Part shown: piece by piece, positions 12,225 through 23,841 of the stretch
How positions within the stretch are numbered: position 1 is the first letter of the stretch
Layout: each line of letters opens with the position of its first letter
Origin: Octopus bimaculoides
Taxonomy: Eukaryota
Assembly: GCF_001194135.2 (NCBI RefSeq)
Contig: NC_068986.1
Span: 27,954,690-27,988,863, forward strand
Reading direction: 5' to 3'
DNA: 34,174 bases
Position numbers and translations under genes: made by a program
Notes under the pieces: generated by a model
Told to the model about the DNA's origin: nothing
Database searches by the model: none
What the model saw: the letters and a program-made list of their open reading frames with translations, nothing else

Positions 12225-12455
12225 TTAACCCATTAAGTCTCACTGTAATATAAATAGGACACTAAATGAGAACATTAAATAAGCTATATCACATTGTCTC
12301 AGTGTCCTATTTATAGAATACCGAGTATTTCCATTTCTACTTGAAGTAAAGGAGTTTTAATAATTATTTTTTTCATTTCAACCTATTTTCAATCATCTGT
12401 AAAAATTTTGAAGTAATATTCGGAAATTTAAGTACTCTGGGACTTAATGGGTTAA
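12225..12455. mobile_element. piggyBac-type MITE, 223 bp between TTAA duplications
   Basis: TTAA (12225-12228) + CCCATTAAGTCTCA (12229-12242) ... TGGGACTTAATGGG (12438-12451) + TTAA (12452-12455); TIRs 13/14 complementary. Confidence 0.8.
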
Positions 12456-12509
12456 GCGTAGGTTCAAAATGACCTCCCTTTTTTTTATGTCATTACTTAT
12501 CTAATTCTC

Positions 12510-13897
12510 GAATGCTGCGACCTCTTTCTACTGCAAAAACTTGTGCTCCTCTTCCAATTCTATCGTAATAACTGAGTAAACCCAATATTATGAAAAATTA
12601 CCAGCATTCTTCCCTGTTCAAAAAGGATGACTACACAACACGTTCAGTCAGGCTCACTTGCTGTATCACTAAATAGATGGAGATCGATGTCAGAGAGATA
12701 CTCTGGAACTTCTGGAACTCTCATAACCTTTTTAATTCATCCTTTGCAATTTGGATTTAGCCCCAATTCCAAGTTACAACAGTCAATCCATCGAATTTCT
12801 TGAAGATACCACTTAAATCACAGATGGCGGTTCATGAATGAATATGTCTTCTACAAATTAAGCAGATGGCAACTTGAAAGAAGTTATTGAGTTAAAACAA
12901 GCAGACGACATTAAGCTGTGCCGTGAAATAAATAGAGCCGCTCTTATACTCTGTAGATTTTTCCTGTAATCTGACCTGGACAAAATGCAACATCAGATTA
13001 TCGACAGACAACTCAAGCTGACTGTAGACAAGTGCAGCGCCATGCATTTTGGGAGAGGGAACTCGGAATTTACATAATTCTTTGGTGACCATAAACGAGG
13101 CATTATTGTCAGCTACGATTTGTAGTGGATGAATCATTTCTAAACTCGTTAAAAAGGGCGAAGATATCTTTATTCAATAAGACCTTCGTCGGCCGCTCAC
13201 TGACTATTTAAAGTTATAAATGGCTATGGTACGTTTAGACTTGCAGTTTGCTTTTCCTGTCTTAAACACTCTTCTTGTCCAGCACGTCGATCTACTAGAA
13301 GCTGTTCAGAGATTTGCAGCCAGAGTCGTCAGTCGCTTACCATACCCCTTGCTACTCTAACAGCATCGAAACACACTAACGCTTCGACGTCTAACAGCTG
13401 CCTTCATAGAAGCCCACAAGATTCATCCACCATTTTCCAGCGACTACTTTGACCGCCTTCTTTGAATTCAGTATCTCTACGTCATTGCAGACATACTTAT
13501 GAAATGAAAAACAAAACAAACGGCAAAAAAACAAAACAAAACAAAACAAACAAAACGGTATAGCATACGTGATTTTCGTAAGCATTTTTCTTACACACAG
13601 AATGGCAGAAAATTGGAATAAGCTACCTGCATCGGTTGTCAGTTGTCAGAAATTCTGTATCCTTAAAAAATTCTCTGATTCTCTAAATATTCAGACACTA
13701 CTCCCGGTGTGTTCTATGCATCCTTTCCTCTTTACAGCTCTTTTTCCGTTCACTTTTCTATCTTTTTGGGTTCTTAATTCTGTGGCATCTACTTTTGGGC
13801 CACCACTGCCGAGATTCTGTGATTTATTCTTGCTTTCGTCTCTCCTTTTACACTTTCCCGACGAGTTGTAGTTCACCTGAGCATTGTATACAATAAA
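12510..13897 (+). pseudogene. Degenerate CR1-clade LINE: RT domain, C-terminus and 3' UTR
   Basis: Manual translation across frameshifts and stops: LFKKDD..VRLTCCITK*MEIDVREILWNF, QFGFSPNS, QADDIKL, SDLDKMQ..QLKLTVDKCSAMHFGRGN, DLLEAVQRFAAR, MAENWNKLPASVVS; all typical of CR1 ORF2. Confidence 0.85.
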
Positions 13898-14228
13898 AAC
13901 CACCACCAACACCACCACCACCACCACCACCACCATCATCATCTTCATCATCATCGTTCTCGTCGTCGTCATCATATTTATATATATGACTCCTAATGTA
14001 TGTTTGATGCATGCCCATGCGCTTATATATAGATATGTATATATGTGTATATATACGCATGCATATATGTGTATATACATATATGTATATATATATTATA
14101 TGTATGTATATATTATATGTATATATATGTGTATATATATATATGTATATATATATTATATGTATGTATATATTATATGTATATATGTGTATATATACAT
14201 ACATGTGTGTGTGTATATATATTATATG

Positions 14229-14259
<31 letters not shown>

Positions 14260-14320
14260 CATATGTATGCATGTATGTATGTGCACATATATATGCATAT
14301 ATATGCACATACATATATAT

Positions 14321-14439
<119 letters not shown>

Positions 14440-15922
14440 ATTTTCCTTTCCGTGCATTGTTTATTCATGTGTATTTATGTCTAATCTTTTTATTCGTCAT
14501 CGTTGTATGTCACTATGGCAAATGAAAGGAAAGCCTCATCATTCTTCTTCTTGTTATTCTTGTCGTTTTTGTTGCCGTTGTTGTTGTTGTTGTTGTTACT
14601 TTTGTTGTTCTTGTTAGTTTTAAAACAAATGAGTTGTCCTTTCCAGGCCGTTTTAATGTTTACGTCAACCAGTTAGGATAATGGTCGAGATTTGGTTTGG
14701 GAATGACAGAAAGTTCTTCATCGATTAATGAATCTCTCAGTTAGATCTAGTGGGAGCCATCAATCTAATCTAGCTTGTTGGCACTGAACTCTGGTGAGGA
14801 TTACCGACACTCACATCTCTCCTGCTTTCTCATCATTTTTCAAGTGTCTTTCACTGCTCTCAAACTCATCTCGCTGTTCAATATATTTGTAGAGATGATA
14901 GCCTCTTTCTCCTATCAATACTTTCGCCACCGATTCTACCACAGCCTCGTTTCCTTCCTTCCTTTCTTTCTTCTTTCCTTCCATTCTTTCTTTCTTTCTT
15001 TCTTTCTTCTTTCTTTCTTTCTTTCTTTTCTTTCTTTTCGTTTGTTCTTTATGTCTTTCACTCCCGTTGATTATCTTTTTGCAGTCACTTGCCTCCTCCT
15101 CTTCCTCCTCCTCTTCCTCCTCCTCTTCCTCCTCCTCCTCCTCCTCCTCCTNNNNNNNNNNNNNNNNNNNNNNNNNNNNNNNNNNNNNNNNNNNNNNNNN
15201 NNNNNNNNNNNNNNNNNNNNNNNNNNNNNNNNNNNNNNNNNNNNNNNNNNNNNNNNNNNNNNNNNNNNNNNNNNNNNNNNNNNNNNNNNNNNNNNNNNNN
15301 NNNNNNNNNNNNNNNNNNNNNNNNNNNNNNNNNNNNNNNNNNNNNNNNNNNNNNNNNNNNNNNNNNNNNNNNNNNNNNNNNNNNNNNNNNNNNNNNNNNN
15401 NNNNNNNNNNNNNNNNNNNNNNNNNNNNNNNNNNNNNNNNNNNNNNNNNNNNNNNNNNNNNNNNNNNNNNNNNNNNNNNNNNNNNNNNNNNNNNNNNNNN
15501 NNNNNNNNNNNNNNNNNNNNNNNNNNNNNNACAACAACTACTACTCTTTCTCCACCTCTTTCTCCCTCCCCTCCCCCTCCCTTCTGTCCTTCTCTACCTC
15601 TTTCTTTTATTCTATTCAATATTTCATTTGACTTACCTTCCTCTTTCACACATATAAATCATACACACACACACACACACATACACACGCACGCACGCAC
15701 ACACACATTCACGTACATGCATATACATACACACATATACACATACGCGCACACAGACACACGTACGGACACAGTTACATATAAACTCACACAGTCTATA
15801 TTCGTATGTATGCACACACATACATATACATATATTTAGATGCGCGTATACACACAAATATATGTATGCATGCATGTATACATGTATACACACACACACA
15901 TATGTATTTATATATGTATGTA

Positions 15923-15961
<39 letters not shown>

Positions 15962-16017
15962 NNNNNNNNNNNNNNNNNNNNNNNNNNNNNNNNNNNNNNN
16001 NNNNNNNNNNNNNNNNN

Positions 16018-16069
<52 letters not shown>

Positions 16070-16077
16070 TTATAGCT

Positions 16078-16113
<36 letters not shown>

Positions 16114-16799
16114 GTATCGATATATACATATACACTGAGACACACTCACACACATATGGATAGAAAGATAAACGCATGCACATATGCATACGCGTGTGTG
16201 CATATGCTCGTTTGTGCACAGATAGTAAGCGTAAATCTTGCATGCGCATTAGATCACTAAATACGTACAGTGATGCACTCTAAGAACCTTATACTGACCA
16301 TTTTCAAGCACCTTGCATTTCTGCTACAGAATAGAATATAATGACGCATATTTCTTAGCGCTAACAGGCTATCTTAAAGGTAATGTATTTGTCTATTGGA
16401 TTATGTATTTTGTATGGTGACTGTAAGACCTTGTTCTTCGTAAAAATGATTATACGTAGATATCACGTATACTTGCATGCATTCATATATATATATATAT
16501 ATATANNNNNNNNNNNNNNNNNNNNNNNNNNNNNNNNNNNNNNNNNNNNNNNNNNNNNNNNNNNNNNNNNNNNNNNNNNNNNNNNNNNNNNNNNNNNNNN
16601 NNNNNNNNNNNNNNNNNNNNNNNNNNNNNNNNNNNNNNNNNNNNNNNNNNNNNNNNNNNNNNNNNNNNNNNNNNNNNNNNNNNNNNNNNNNNNNNNNNNN
16701 NNNNNNNNNNNNNNNNNNNNNNNNNNNNNNNNNNNNNNNNNNNNNNNNNNNNNNNNNNNNNNNNNNNNNNNNNNNNNNNNNNNNNNNNNNNNATAAAAT

Positions 16800-17350
16800 A
16801 ATATATATATAATATATATAAAATATATATATATGAAATAAAAGAAGCGAAACGCACACTGTTTGCATAGTTTTAGTATATTTTTAATATATTTCATAAG
16901 TGAAAGAGTATTATGTTTGTCGACCGGTTTCGCTTTCGCTAATCATGACATTGAAATTATTGTAATTTCGTATTTTCTTGAGAAGTTCTTAGTCCATGTT
17001 GTGTACGGGAGTTTGTGAATGAAATGAATCAACAGGTAGAAAAAAACTTAACTACAGGTAAATGCTCATTCTTGGGGACGGTGTAAATAAATATACAAAA
17101 AACTTATAAGCTAAGGTGATGAGATGAAATATTTGCAGTGATGTGTATGTGAACATGAATTAGAATATTTACTGAGAACAAAGTTGGTTATGCGTTCTTA
17201 TTTAGGCGAGTTCTGTATTTTTCAATAAATGAATTTTCTTTATTTAAACGTTCTTGTACAGAAATTGTTTCTTTGCACTGTGAGGTTTGGTTGGGTATTA
17301 CCTGTGCATCTCTCTATGTGTTCACTCAAAGGAATCTGTCTGTACTGTAG
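16800..17350 (-). mobile_element. Penelope-like element 3' remnant (GIY-YIG endonuclease C-terminus + 3' UTR/pLTR)
   Basis: Minus strand 17347-17188 gives QYRQIPLSEHIERCTGNTQPNL / (frameshift) QCKETISVQERLNKENSFIEKYRTRLNKNA*, resembling the PLE endonuclease end (SEH..C, R..KE..FI.K....LN); a hammerhead motif lies 240 bp downstream. Left boundary is set by the gap. Confidence 0.65.
16918..16950 (-). ncRNA. Minimal type I hammerhead-ribozyme-like motif, A3-U8 core variant
   Basis: Minus strand: TGTC ATGATTA GC-GAAA-GC GAAA CCGG TC GACA = stem I TGTC/GACA, core A3U4G5A6U7U8A9, 2-bp stem II with GAAA loop, GAAA, palindromic stem III ACCGGT, GUC triplet. Confidence 0.65.
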
Positions 17351-17394
17351 TAAACAGATTCCGTTCATCTGTCCGTTTGTTTGTCTACCTGTCT

Positions 17395-17442
17395 ATCCAT
17401 CAATCAATCAATCAGTCAATCAATCAATCAATCAATCAATCA

Positions 17443-17494
<52 letters not shown>

Positions 17495-17516
17495 GTCTGT
17501 CTGTCTGTCTGTCCGT

Positions 17517-17560
<44 letters not shown>

Positions 17561-17640
17561 TTATCTTCCTACCTACCTGCCTACCCGTCCCTTCTGTCTG
17601 TCTGTCTGTCCGTTCCATCCATCTGTCCGTTTGTCTATCT
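17395..17640. repeat. Compound (TCAA)n(TCTA)n(TCTG)n(TC)n array
   Basis: Successive tetra- and dinucleotide runs. Confidence 0.9.
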
Positions 17641-17644
17641 ATCT

Positions 17645-17895
17645 GTCTTCTCCTTCCACTGTCCCGAGGAGGGTCGGTGGGGTAGAATCCTCAGACACCT
17701 TCTTCATAGGGTCCTATCAAAAGGAGCCACCGTTACACTTTCTGGTTGATTTCCGAAGCATGACCAACCGAAACTATGGATATTATCCAAACACCTCCTT
17801 CTTGGTCTACTCCTACGCTTCCTATCATTTGTCACGGCTGGAAGAGAATCTCAGGCAGAAGGAATCAGTTCGAAGAATGAGAAGGTATATGGATA
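17645..17895 (-). pseudogene. RTE-like LINE ORF C-terminal remnant
   Basis: Minus strand across frameshifts: ILRTDS / LPEILFQ / VTNDRKRRSRPRRRCLDNI...DRTL*RRCL, matching the RTE C-terminal pattern GKRRRGRPRRRWLDNI...DR..WR; runs into a GATA/GACA-type repeat tail. Confidence 0.6.
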
Positions 17896-18536
17896 GAACG
17901 AAAATGAAACTAAATAAAATTCAAGCAAGAAACGTAGTAACCATTGTTTTATGATTGGTCAACCTGATGAATACGTTTTGTTACGTGAAAACGTCGATAA
18001 AATAGTCACGGGTGATATTTACATAAAAAAGTGCCAATAACAACGAATGATTAATTAGTCAGGATATACGACATATTAAAAATGAATTATTGTTTTATAC
18101 AGTTCAAAGTCATGTTCAATTTTTATTTGTTTAAATCAATATCTGACAGAAAGAAAAAAAATTCTGTCAAGTTTATAACGATAAAGCAACAAAACAAAAA
18201 CAGATAAAAAGCAAAAATAAACGAGATATCTCTCACACATACATATGGAGACGTACACACATGTTTGCTGAGAAATGTCTCTTCACTGCTTTTTTACATA
18301 CGGGTATATAGATCCTGTTGTCTATAGATAGATACTGACTGGCATTATATATATATTTATATAATAAAGTAGGCGCTATATCACTTGAAAATCATTTCAT
18401 AAGTGAAATTAATCCCCACCCCACACAAAGATATATATATGTATGTGTGTGAATGTATGTATGATTTATCATGCATGTATTTGTCTATAAGTGTGTGTGT
18501 GTGTATATATATATATGTATGGATATCTGCATGTGT

Positions 18537-18596
<60 letters not shown>

Positions 18597-18995
18597 GTAG
18601 ATATACCAAATAAATTACATAAACATAAATTTATATATATATGTATATATATGTGTGTGTGTGTGTATGTATATGCGTATATATCAATTATTATACATAT
18701 ATATATAATTACATCTATATAGTATGTATATATGCATAATTATACCTATACAATAAGTATATATATATATATATATATATACGCGCATACGCACATATAT
18801 GTATGTATACTTGTATGTATATATATGTGTGTATATATACATACACACACACACGCATATATATATATACATACATGCATGCATATACATATATATGTAT
18901 CTTGTGTACGTTTGTATGTATCTATGTATATATGCACGCGCGCGCACACACACACCTACACACATATGTGATTGTATGTACGTATNNNNNNNNNN

Positions 18996-19032
<37 letters not shown>

Positions 19033-19324
19033 ATGTGTCCTTTTTTTTTATGTGATTTCGCTACATTAAAATATCTTCAATGGAAATTTGACAACTCTGT
19101 TGCATTATTACCCACCACTGGTTTCACAACAACGTCTTTTCATGTTTAGAGAACTTCGGTGTGGCAACCAAAATATTCGTCTGTTATTACAGCCACAGTC
19201 GGAATCATGATATGGCAAGTTGCGTCGGTAATAAATACTGTTTGCCTTTACGTTTTTGACATCTAACCACCAAAGATGTCAAGCTGGATAGAAAAATATC
19301 GCTGGAGAGTTCAATTCTTGGAGG

Positions 19325-19430
19325 ATGAGGTGCAGAGATAGGTGGGTGAAGAGTGTGAGGAAGAGAGAGGGAGAAAGAGAGAGAGAGAGGGGGAGAGAAA
19401 GAGTCAGAGAGAGTGTGTCAAAGAGAGAGT

Positions 19431-19484
<54 letters not shown>

Positions 19485-19580
19485 NNNNNNNNNNNNNNNN
19501 NNNNNNNNGGAGAGAGAGAGAGAGAGAGGAGAGGGACAGGTAGGGAGACACACAGAGAGTGAGACACTGTGAGAGAGTGA

Positions 19581-19619
<39 letters not shown>

Positions 19620-19778
19620 GTTGAGATACTGAGAGAGAGAGCGGTTGAGATACTGAGAGAGAGAGAGAGGAAGGGAGAGAGTGAGAGAGAGAGTGAAAGT
19701 TAGGGAGAGGGAAAGTCAGAGAGAGAGACAGAAAGACCGAGATAAGAGAGTGACAAAGTTATCGGAAGAGATAAGTGG

Positions 19779-19812
<34 letters not shown>
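19325..19812. repeat. (GA)n-rich purine tract containing a ~24-bp tandem duplication (gagagagagcggttgagatact)
   Basis: Seen directly. Confidence 0.9.
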
Positions 19813-20557
19813 NNNNNNNNNNNNNNNNNNNNNNNNNNNNNNNNNNNNNNNNNNNNNNNNNNNNNNNNNNNNNNNNNNNNNNNNNNNNNNNNNNNNNNNN
19901 NNNNNNNNNNNNNNNNNNNNNNNNNNNNNNNNNNNNNNNNNNNNNNNNNNNNNNNNNNNNNNNNNNNNNNNNNNNNNNNNNNNNNNNNNNNNNNNNNNNN
20001 NNNNNNNNNNNNNNNNNNNNNNNNNNNNNNNNNNNNNNNNNNNNNNNNNNNNNNNNNNNNNNNNNNNNNNNNNNNNNNNNNNNNNNNNNNNNNNNNNNNN
20101 NNNNNNNNNNNNNNNNNNNNNNNNNNNNNNNNNNNNNNNNNNNNNNNNNNNNNNNNNNNNNNNNNNNNNNNNNNNNNNNNNNNNNNNNNNNNNNNNNNNN
20201 NNNNNNNNNNNNNNNNNNNNNNNNNNNNNNNNNNNNNNNNNNNNNNNNNNNNNNNNNNNNNNNNNNNNNNNNNNNNNNNNNNNNNNNNNNNNNNNNNNNN
20301 NNNNNNNNNNNNNNNNNNNNNNNNNNNNNNNNNNNNNNNNNNNNNNNNNNNNNNNNNNNNNNNNNNNNNNNNNNNNNNNNNNNNNNNNNNNNNNNNNNNN
20401 NNNNNNNNNNNNNNNNNNNNNNNNNNNNNNNNNNNNNNNNNNNNNNNNNNNNNNNNNNNNNNNNNNNNNNNNNNNNNNNNNNNNNNNNNNNNNNNNNNNN
20501 NNNNNNNNNNNNNNNNNNNNNNNNNNNNNNNNNNNNNNNNNNNNNNNNNNNNNNNNN

Positions 20558-20718
20558 ACATCGACCCCAGTGCGTAACTGGTACTTAATTTATCGGCCCC
20601 CGAAAGGATGAAAGGCAAAGTCGACCTCGGCGGAATTTGAACTCAGGACGTAACGGCCGGACGAAATACCGCGAAGCATTTCGCTCCCAGCGTGCTAACG
20701 TTTCTGCCAGCTCGCCGC

Positions 20719-20719
<1 letters not shown>
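20558..20719 (-). mobile_element. Core-family SINE next to a (CTA)n run (20719-20781)
   Basis: Minus strand begins aggcggcgagctggcagaaacgttagcacg; same core as 24136-24348. Confidence 0.85.
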
Positions 20720-20782
<63 letters not shown>

Positions 20783-21194
20783 CGTAGAAAACCTCTGCAT
20801 TACAACTCGGTGTATATCTTGGTATACATTACGTCCAAGTCTAGCATGGAATGTACTTTACCTTTCTCCTTTCCAAATGGAGCAAGCACTCCTACAAGGC
20901 TTCCAGTTTAAAGAGAACTTCATCAATTGTGCTTTCATCCCGCTACATCTTCAGAAAGCCTTTAAGAAAGGAAACAGTATTTCTCATAAAGGGGGCGAGA
21001 TTGAAAAGGTGAGAAGACGAATGCCACGTTCAAATAGAAATTAACACGGTTTTAAACTTTTATACCTGTCCAAAAAAACGTAGTTAATTTAAAGAAGCAT
21101 TATATGGGTGTAAGCTCTGCTGTGTCAAATCTTTAATAAAGAAAGCAAAAAAAAAAAAGAAAAGGAAGAAAGAAATCCCTCCCTTTAGGGGTAG

Positions 21195-21320
21195 AGCAAT
21201 AGCTTCATTCTTTCGGGGTCGATTAAATAAGTACCAGTTACGCACTGGGGTCGATGTAATCGATTTAATCCTTTCCCCCAAATTTCAGGCCTTGTGCCTA
21301 CAGTAGAAAGGATTATTATA
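21195..21320 (+). mobile_element. 5'-truncated core-family SINE with ATT tail
   Basis: ctttcggggtcgattaaataagtaccagttacgcactggggtcgatgtaatcg...ccttgtgcctacagtagaaaggattatt. Confidence 0.8.
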
Positions 21321-21329
21321 ATAATTATT

Positions 21330-21539
21330 TACATTATTTACATTTGACGGATATTTGTCCCCATCTTGTTTGTTGTTAACACAACGTTTCGGCTGATATA
21401 CCCTCCAGCCTTCATCAGGCGATGAAGGCTGGAGGATATATCAACCGAAACGTTGTATTAACAACAAACAAGATGAGGACAAATATCCGTCAAATGTAAA
21501 TAATGTACATAATTCCTCATCTCTTAAATACAGAACTGT
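21330..21539. mobile_element. Fold-back insertion 1 (87-bp arms, 4-nt loop), probably PLE-derived
   Basis: Arms 21330-21416 and 21421-21507 with 4 mismatches; 32-bp one-sided extension; sits inside the (ATT)n tail of the preceding SINE. Confidence 0.75.
21380..21421 (-). ncRNA. Minimal type I hammerhead-like motif, canonical C3-G8 core, short stem I
   Basis: Minus strand: CGC CTGATGA A GGCTG-gagggtatat-CAGCC GAAA CG TT GTG; 5-bp stem II, palindromic stem III, GUU triplet, stem I only 3 bp including one G-U. Confidence 0.55.
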
Positions 21540-21555
21540 ATTATTGTTGTTGTTG

Positions 21556-21606
<51 letters not shown>

Positions 21607-21919
21607 GTATTGTCCAATCGAGATCGATAAAATTGAGCCCTGGGATTGGTATAATCGATCAGCCTCCTTTCCCCAAGATTTCAGGCATTGTGTCNNNNNN
21701 NNNNNNNTTTCAGAATGCATCGGAGAGCGACAGCCTAGAGAGGGCACTTACTCTTGGCGTTTAGAGTGATCCTGGGTCTGTAGGTGGGGGTGGGGGTGGG
21801 TCCTTGAATGGTCCCAGTACGAGGCCATCCCGTATCAATCAGAAGGATCATATCATCATCGTGTTCATCACATAATTGAAATACTTTTTATCTCATTTGA
21901 TTTTTGTGTAAATTCCACC

Positions 21920-22024
21920 CCCACAATCATCATCGTCGTCATGGACGTCGTCATCACCATCATCATCATCATCATCATCATCATCATTATCATCATCATC
22001 ATCATCCTCACCATCACCATCACC

Positions 22025-22056
<32 letters not shown>

Positions 22057-22085
22057 CATTATTATTATTATTACCATCATCAATA
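21920..22085. repeat. Compound (CAT)/(CAC)/(TAT) repeat
   Basis: Seen directly. Confidence 0.9.
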
Positions 22086-22484
22086 GAAAAAAAATCGAAC
22101 TAAGTATATTGAAGCAAAGTGATCGTTTTTAGATTAAAATATCATAAAGCTCTTCTGTTGAATAATATATAAGCCGGTGTCTGGACAGGCAGGGATTATT
22201 AAAGTTTGGAATTAAAGAGATTATGACGTCAACTGTGACAAAGAAAGGCCAAAATGTAAAATAGAAAAAAATATTATTAGTAACCCCTACCCCCTACCCA
22301 CACGAGTACATGAACATCCACACATACAGACATGTTACTACACATATATATTGAAAGACACATGCGCACAGTTATATACACACATACACACACACACATA
22401 CGCCTAGTTGACTTTGTAGTATTAGTTTGAATGAACAAGTTGTGAACGTACATGAAATGATGTTACAAAATCAACAATGCGCAT

Positions 22485-22645
22485 GCATGGCTGTGTCGTA
22501 AGAAGCTTGCTTCCCAACCAAATGGTTCCGGGTTCAGTCCCACCGTGTGACACCTTGAGCAAGCGTCTTCTATTATAGACACGCGCTGACCAAAATCCTT
22601 GTGAGTGGATTTGGCAGACGGAAACTGAAAGACGCCCGTCGTAAA
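22485..22645 (+). mobile_element. Family B SINE head
   Basis: ggctgtgtcgtaagaagcttgcttcccaaccaaatggttccgggttcagtccc...gacgcccgtcgta; aligns with 6718-6875. Confidence 0.7.
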
Positions 22646-22667
22646 TATATATATATATACATATACA

Positions 22668-23182
22668 CAGGGTGCGTAAGGTATTCAAGGGCATACCTTT
22701 CTTGGGTCATTGCTGCTTTTTTGCTAACTGTATAATCTTTGTTTCAGAAAATAATAACGGCAGACCCTCAGCTTACTCAAGAAAGGAAGAGGTAATGCTC
22801 ATGCTATTATTGTGGTTATAAAGGCTGAGCATAGCGAGTTAGAAATATTTCGATTATTAAAAGTTGCCAGATCTTTCGTCTACAAAGTTTGTAAGGAACT
22901 AGAGACTGAAGATGGAAACATATCACCAGTTTCAAAGCATAAAACAGCATTCTAAACGCTTTGAAATTATCAGAACACCTGAATTTATCCAACAAGTTCA
23001 ACAGGCCATTGATTACAATCTCAGAAAGACTATCACGTCAATTGCAAGAGATTTGCATGTGTCAGAAATGTTGTCCACGAAGACATCAGATATAAATCAT
23101 ATATGAGGAGGAAAGGTCAATTTGTCAGAAAAAGCAAAATAAATTCACTATATCAGGCCTAAAAAGTTCTTAAACAAACTGA
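22668..23182 (+). pseudogene. maT/DD37D-type Tc1-mariner element, left end and degenerate N-terminal DNA-binding region, ending in a gap
   Basis: Starts CAGGGTG in a TA-rich run (typical ITm terminus); translation IIVVIKAEHSELEIFRLLKVARSFVYKVCKELE / IIRTPEFIQQVQQAIDYNLRKTITSIARDLHVSE / VVHEDIRYKSY. Confidence 0.7.
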
Positions 23183-23803
23183 NNNNNNNNNNNNNNNNNN
23201 NNNNNNNNNNNNNNNNNNNNNNNNNNNNNNNNNNNNNNNNNNNNNNNNNNNNNNNNNNNNNNNNNNNNNNNNNNNNNNNNNNNNNNNNNNNNNNNNNNNN
23301 NNNNNNNNNNNNNNNNNNNNNNNNNNNNNNNNNNNNNNNNNNNNNNNNNNNNNNNNNNNNNNNNNNNNNNNNNNNNNNNNNNNNNNNNNNNNNNNNNNNN
23401 NNNNNNNNNNNNNNNNNNNNNNNNNNNNNNNNNNNNNNNNNNNNNNNNNNNNNNNNNNNNNNNNNNNNNNNNNNNNNNNNNNNNNNNNNNNNNNNNNNNN
23501 NNNNNNNNNNNNNNNNNNNNNNNNNNNNNNNNNNNNNNNNNNNNNNNNNNNNNNNNNNNNNNNNNNNNNNNNNNNNNNNNNNNNATATATATATATACAC
23601 ACACACATATATGTATGTATAAAGCCAACCTACTGTGTTATCGGGCTAAATAGATTTCAGCAGAAGTTATTTTCGCAACTTTCGCAACTTTCGCATCAAA
23701 ATTCTTGAATAGATTATATATTTTCTGACTTTCCATTGAATTCTGTAAAAATCCTTTAGACATGACGATTTCATCATCATCTTAATCCTCATCGTGACTA
23801 TCG

Positions 23804-23841
<38 letters not shown>

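Noticed and set aside
17964-17996. CTGATGA...ACGT/ACGT...GAAAACGTC hammerhead-like string
   Set aside because: Needs a 2-nt insertion and an extra A, and stem I cannot form beyond 1 bp.
20883-21008. Plus-strand candidate exon with AAG|GTGAGA donor
   Set aside because: No recognisable protein; the minus strand has equally good splice-like sites with all frames closed, showing that such signals arise by chance.
21773-21800. G-quadruplex-compatible G tracts
   Set aside because: Isolated, with no functional context; such tracts are common.
23671-23697. Three copies of (AC)TTTCGCA
   Set aside because: Tiny local tandem duplication with no spacers; not CRISPR or ribozyme-like.
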